A program made the position numbers and the translations under genes. A model generated the notes under the pieces. The model saw only the letters and a list, made by a program, of their open reading frames with translations. It made no database searches and was not told the origin of the DNA. A stretch of DNA of 27,845 bases, taken from the IMG/VR virus record IMGVR_UViG_2802429221_000019, positions 1 to 27,845 of that record; one strand, given 5' to 3'. Below, piece after piece: positions 26,434 through 27,845 of this stretch; position 1 is the stretch's first letter; every line of letters begins with the position of its first letter. This DNA is from a virus. Lineage: Duplodnaviria > Heunggongvirae > Uroviricota > Caudoviricetes.

Positions 26434-27279
26434 TTAAATGTCAGGGATTTTTATACCATGATTATAAATGATAATTTCTAGACCTTTTTTCTTATCTTGT
26501 GCAGTATAATTAAGCGTATAATCAGTCATATTGAATTCATGATATATGCTTTTTATTTCAGGCACATTGTCATAAGACACAACCCAAGGTAGTTGAATTT
26601 CCCGTAGTGTATTAGCGATTTTTACATGATCATCATGTTTATAAAAATTTCTATATAACTCTGCTCCTTTAACATAATAAGGTGGATCAAGATATATTAG
26701 ACTATTTTGGGGTAGCAATGCTTTTTGGTGTAGCAGAAAATCTACAGCATCAAAATTCGATACGTAAATTTTCTCCTTATATGCCCCAATTAGTTCAATC
26801 CTTTTAATTAACTCTTTTTTGTTGAATCGTGCATCTAACTTCCATGGTCCTTTTTGTTCTTTCCCTCCAATAACGCCAGCCTTAAGTATTCCTGAACGGT
26901 TTGTTCTATTTAAAAAGAAAGTAGATAATGCGACTTCAAGCATACTATATTTATCATTGTTTAGGAGTATCTCCTTTTGAGTATGCCAATTTTCAATAGT
27001 CACAGGAACTTCATCAATCATTTCACATAACAGATCGTTATGATTAACCACTGCAAACCAAAAAGAATAAAGGGCAGGATCAATATCATTTATGAAGATA
27101 TTTTCAACAAGACCGTTAAGGAGCAAACCTAATGCAACACCGGCTCCACCTGCATAAGGTTCAGCATAACATCCACCAATGAGATCATTGTTGCGGAGTA
27201 TTTGTTCAATATGTGGCAAGAATTTTGCCTTACCTCCCGGATAACGAAGAGGGGTTCTAAAATGAGAAGGCTTTGTCAT
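26434..27279 (-). CDS. Dam-family (D12 class) N6-adenine DNA methyltransferase
   Basis: 281 aa; motifs YPGGK (aa 13-17), EPYAGGAGV (aa 40-48, SAM-binding FxGxG type), DPPY (aa 198-201); 17-nt gap to the downstream OLD-like gene. Confidence 0.85.
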   Translation of the reverse strand: MTKPSHFRTPLRYPGGKAKFLPHIEQILRNNDLIGGCYAEPYAGGAGVALGLLLNGLVENIFINDIDPALYSFWFAVVNHNDLLCEMIDEVPVTIENWHTQKEILLNNDKYSMLEVALSTFFLNRTNRSGILKAGVIGGKEQKGPWKLDARFNKKELIKRIELIGAYKEKIYVSNFDAVDFLLHQKALLPQNSLIYLDPPYYVKGAELYRNFYKHDDHVKIANTLREIQLPWVVSYDNVPEIKSIYHEFNMTDYTLNYTAQDKKKGLEIIIYNHGIKIPDI

Positions 27280-27367
27280 CCACGATTTTCTCAGTAAAAA
27301 ATAAACATAATCTTAACATGGCACTTGAGTTTTCCCGATAAAAAACATCGTCGCCGTCCATAGATAT

Positions 27368-27383
27368 TTGCATAGTTATGCAA
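27368..27383. promoter_or_regulatory. perfect palindrome TTGCATA-GT-TATGCAA, candidate operator in the leader of the methyltransferase operon
   Basis: 16-bp dyad located between the predicted promoter and the methyltransferase start. Confidence 0.35.
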
Positions 27384-27402
27384 AAAATCCAGTTTTCAAT
27401 GA

Positions 27403-27432
27403 ATTAAGGGGAATTATATCAATTGCATTCTA
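27403..27432 (-). promoter_or_regulatory. candidate extended -10 promoter for the methyltransferase/OLD-like operon
   Basis: minus-strand TGATATAAT (27411-27403) with weak -35 TTGTGT (27432-27427, 18-nt spacer). Confidence 0.35.
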
Positions 27433-27464
27433 TTCAACACAATATTCGGTTAGCGATTCACATC

Positions 27465-27845
27465 TCATCCCTCATGATGGAAAAGGCATATCCAACTTTG
27501 TAATTGTTTTTTCTCATCATCATTTTGATTACTAAAGTGCTGTTTGCCTCTCTTTTGGAGCAAAGTAGCCTTGCGGCGGGCGCGTTCAGTGGTTTCATTG
27601 ATTCTTTGTGCGTGCTCTGCGTCACGGATGGCGCGCAGCATGTCAGAAAGCACGGTAACGGGAGTTTTCATGGTGTTCTGGTCCTGCTGAATTGTGGATG
27701 CCAGGCGTGCGGCGGCTTCGGGGTCTGATGCCCCGAGCTGCTCCAGATAGCTGGAGACCGGGTTATGGCGGATCTCCGTGCTGCTTACGCCGTGATTACG
27801 GCTCAGGCGCTGCCAGAGCTGCGTGATTCGGCTGTCCGGGCGGGT
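27465..27845 (-). CDS. phage early-region protein, C-terminal part (5' end outside window)
   Basis: frame is open from the window edge (hand translation ...TRPDSRITQLWQRLSRNHGVSSTEIRH...) to the stop at 27465; function not recognised; last ~30 codons are AT-rich. Confidence 0.55.
   Translation of the reverse strand, partial: TRPDSRITQLWQRLSRNHGVSSTEIRHNPVSSYLEQLGASDPEAAARLASTIQQDQNTMKTPVTVLSDMLRAIRDAEHAQRINETTERARRKATLLQKRGKQHFSNQNDDEKKQLQSWICLFHHEG

Larger units (their letters stand above)
1795..27845. mobile_element. P2-like (Peduovirus-type) prophage, partial in window; left boundary uncertain (between about 520 and 1795), right end beyond window
   Basis: near-complete syntenic set of P2 late genes plus ogr and an accessory island; no integrase or att repeat within the window. 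Confidence 0.85.

Noticed and set aside
24719-27279. GATC avoidance in the methyltransferase/OLD-like island as a clue to specificity
   Set aside because: About a dozen GATC sites counted by eye in roughly 2.5 kb, not obviously depleted for AT-rich DNA; uninformative without a proper statistic.

Overview
The window holds a host tRNA operon (tRNA-Gly(GCC), tRNA-Cys(GCA), tRNA-Leu(UAA), with promoter and terminator) followed by a nearly complete P2-like prophage structural region and an AT-rich accessory island. Everything here was read from the sequence and the supplied ORF track; no database search was run, and homologies are from recall of P2 proteins and motifs. Main observations: (1) The strongest candidate for a new system is a two-gene operon on the minus strand at 24719-27279: a Dam-family (DPPY) N6-adenine methyltransferase followed 17 nt later by a 565-aa OLD-like ABC-ATPase/Toprim nuclease. 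It sits where P2 carries old/tin, and I do not recognise this pairing as a named defence system. (2) Prophage gene order is ogr, D, FI, FII, E(+E'), T, U, G, H, I, J, W, V, S, R, lysC/lysB, endolysin, holin, X, L, M, N, O, P, Q. The FI-FII-E-T-U block is on the opposite strand to D and to the V-G operon, i.e. inverted relative to canonical P2. (3) A Hok/Gef-like type I toxin ORF (46 aa, below the ORF-track cutoff) lies next to ogr with its own promoter, SD-sequestering hairpin and terminator. (4) An AT-rich islet next to the tRNAs encodes a small Cys-rich secreted protein. (5) An uncharacterised 174-aa gene sits between the portal gene and a structured noncoding region. No integrase, att duplication, P2-type cos sequence, CRISPR array or IS element was identified.
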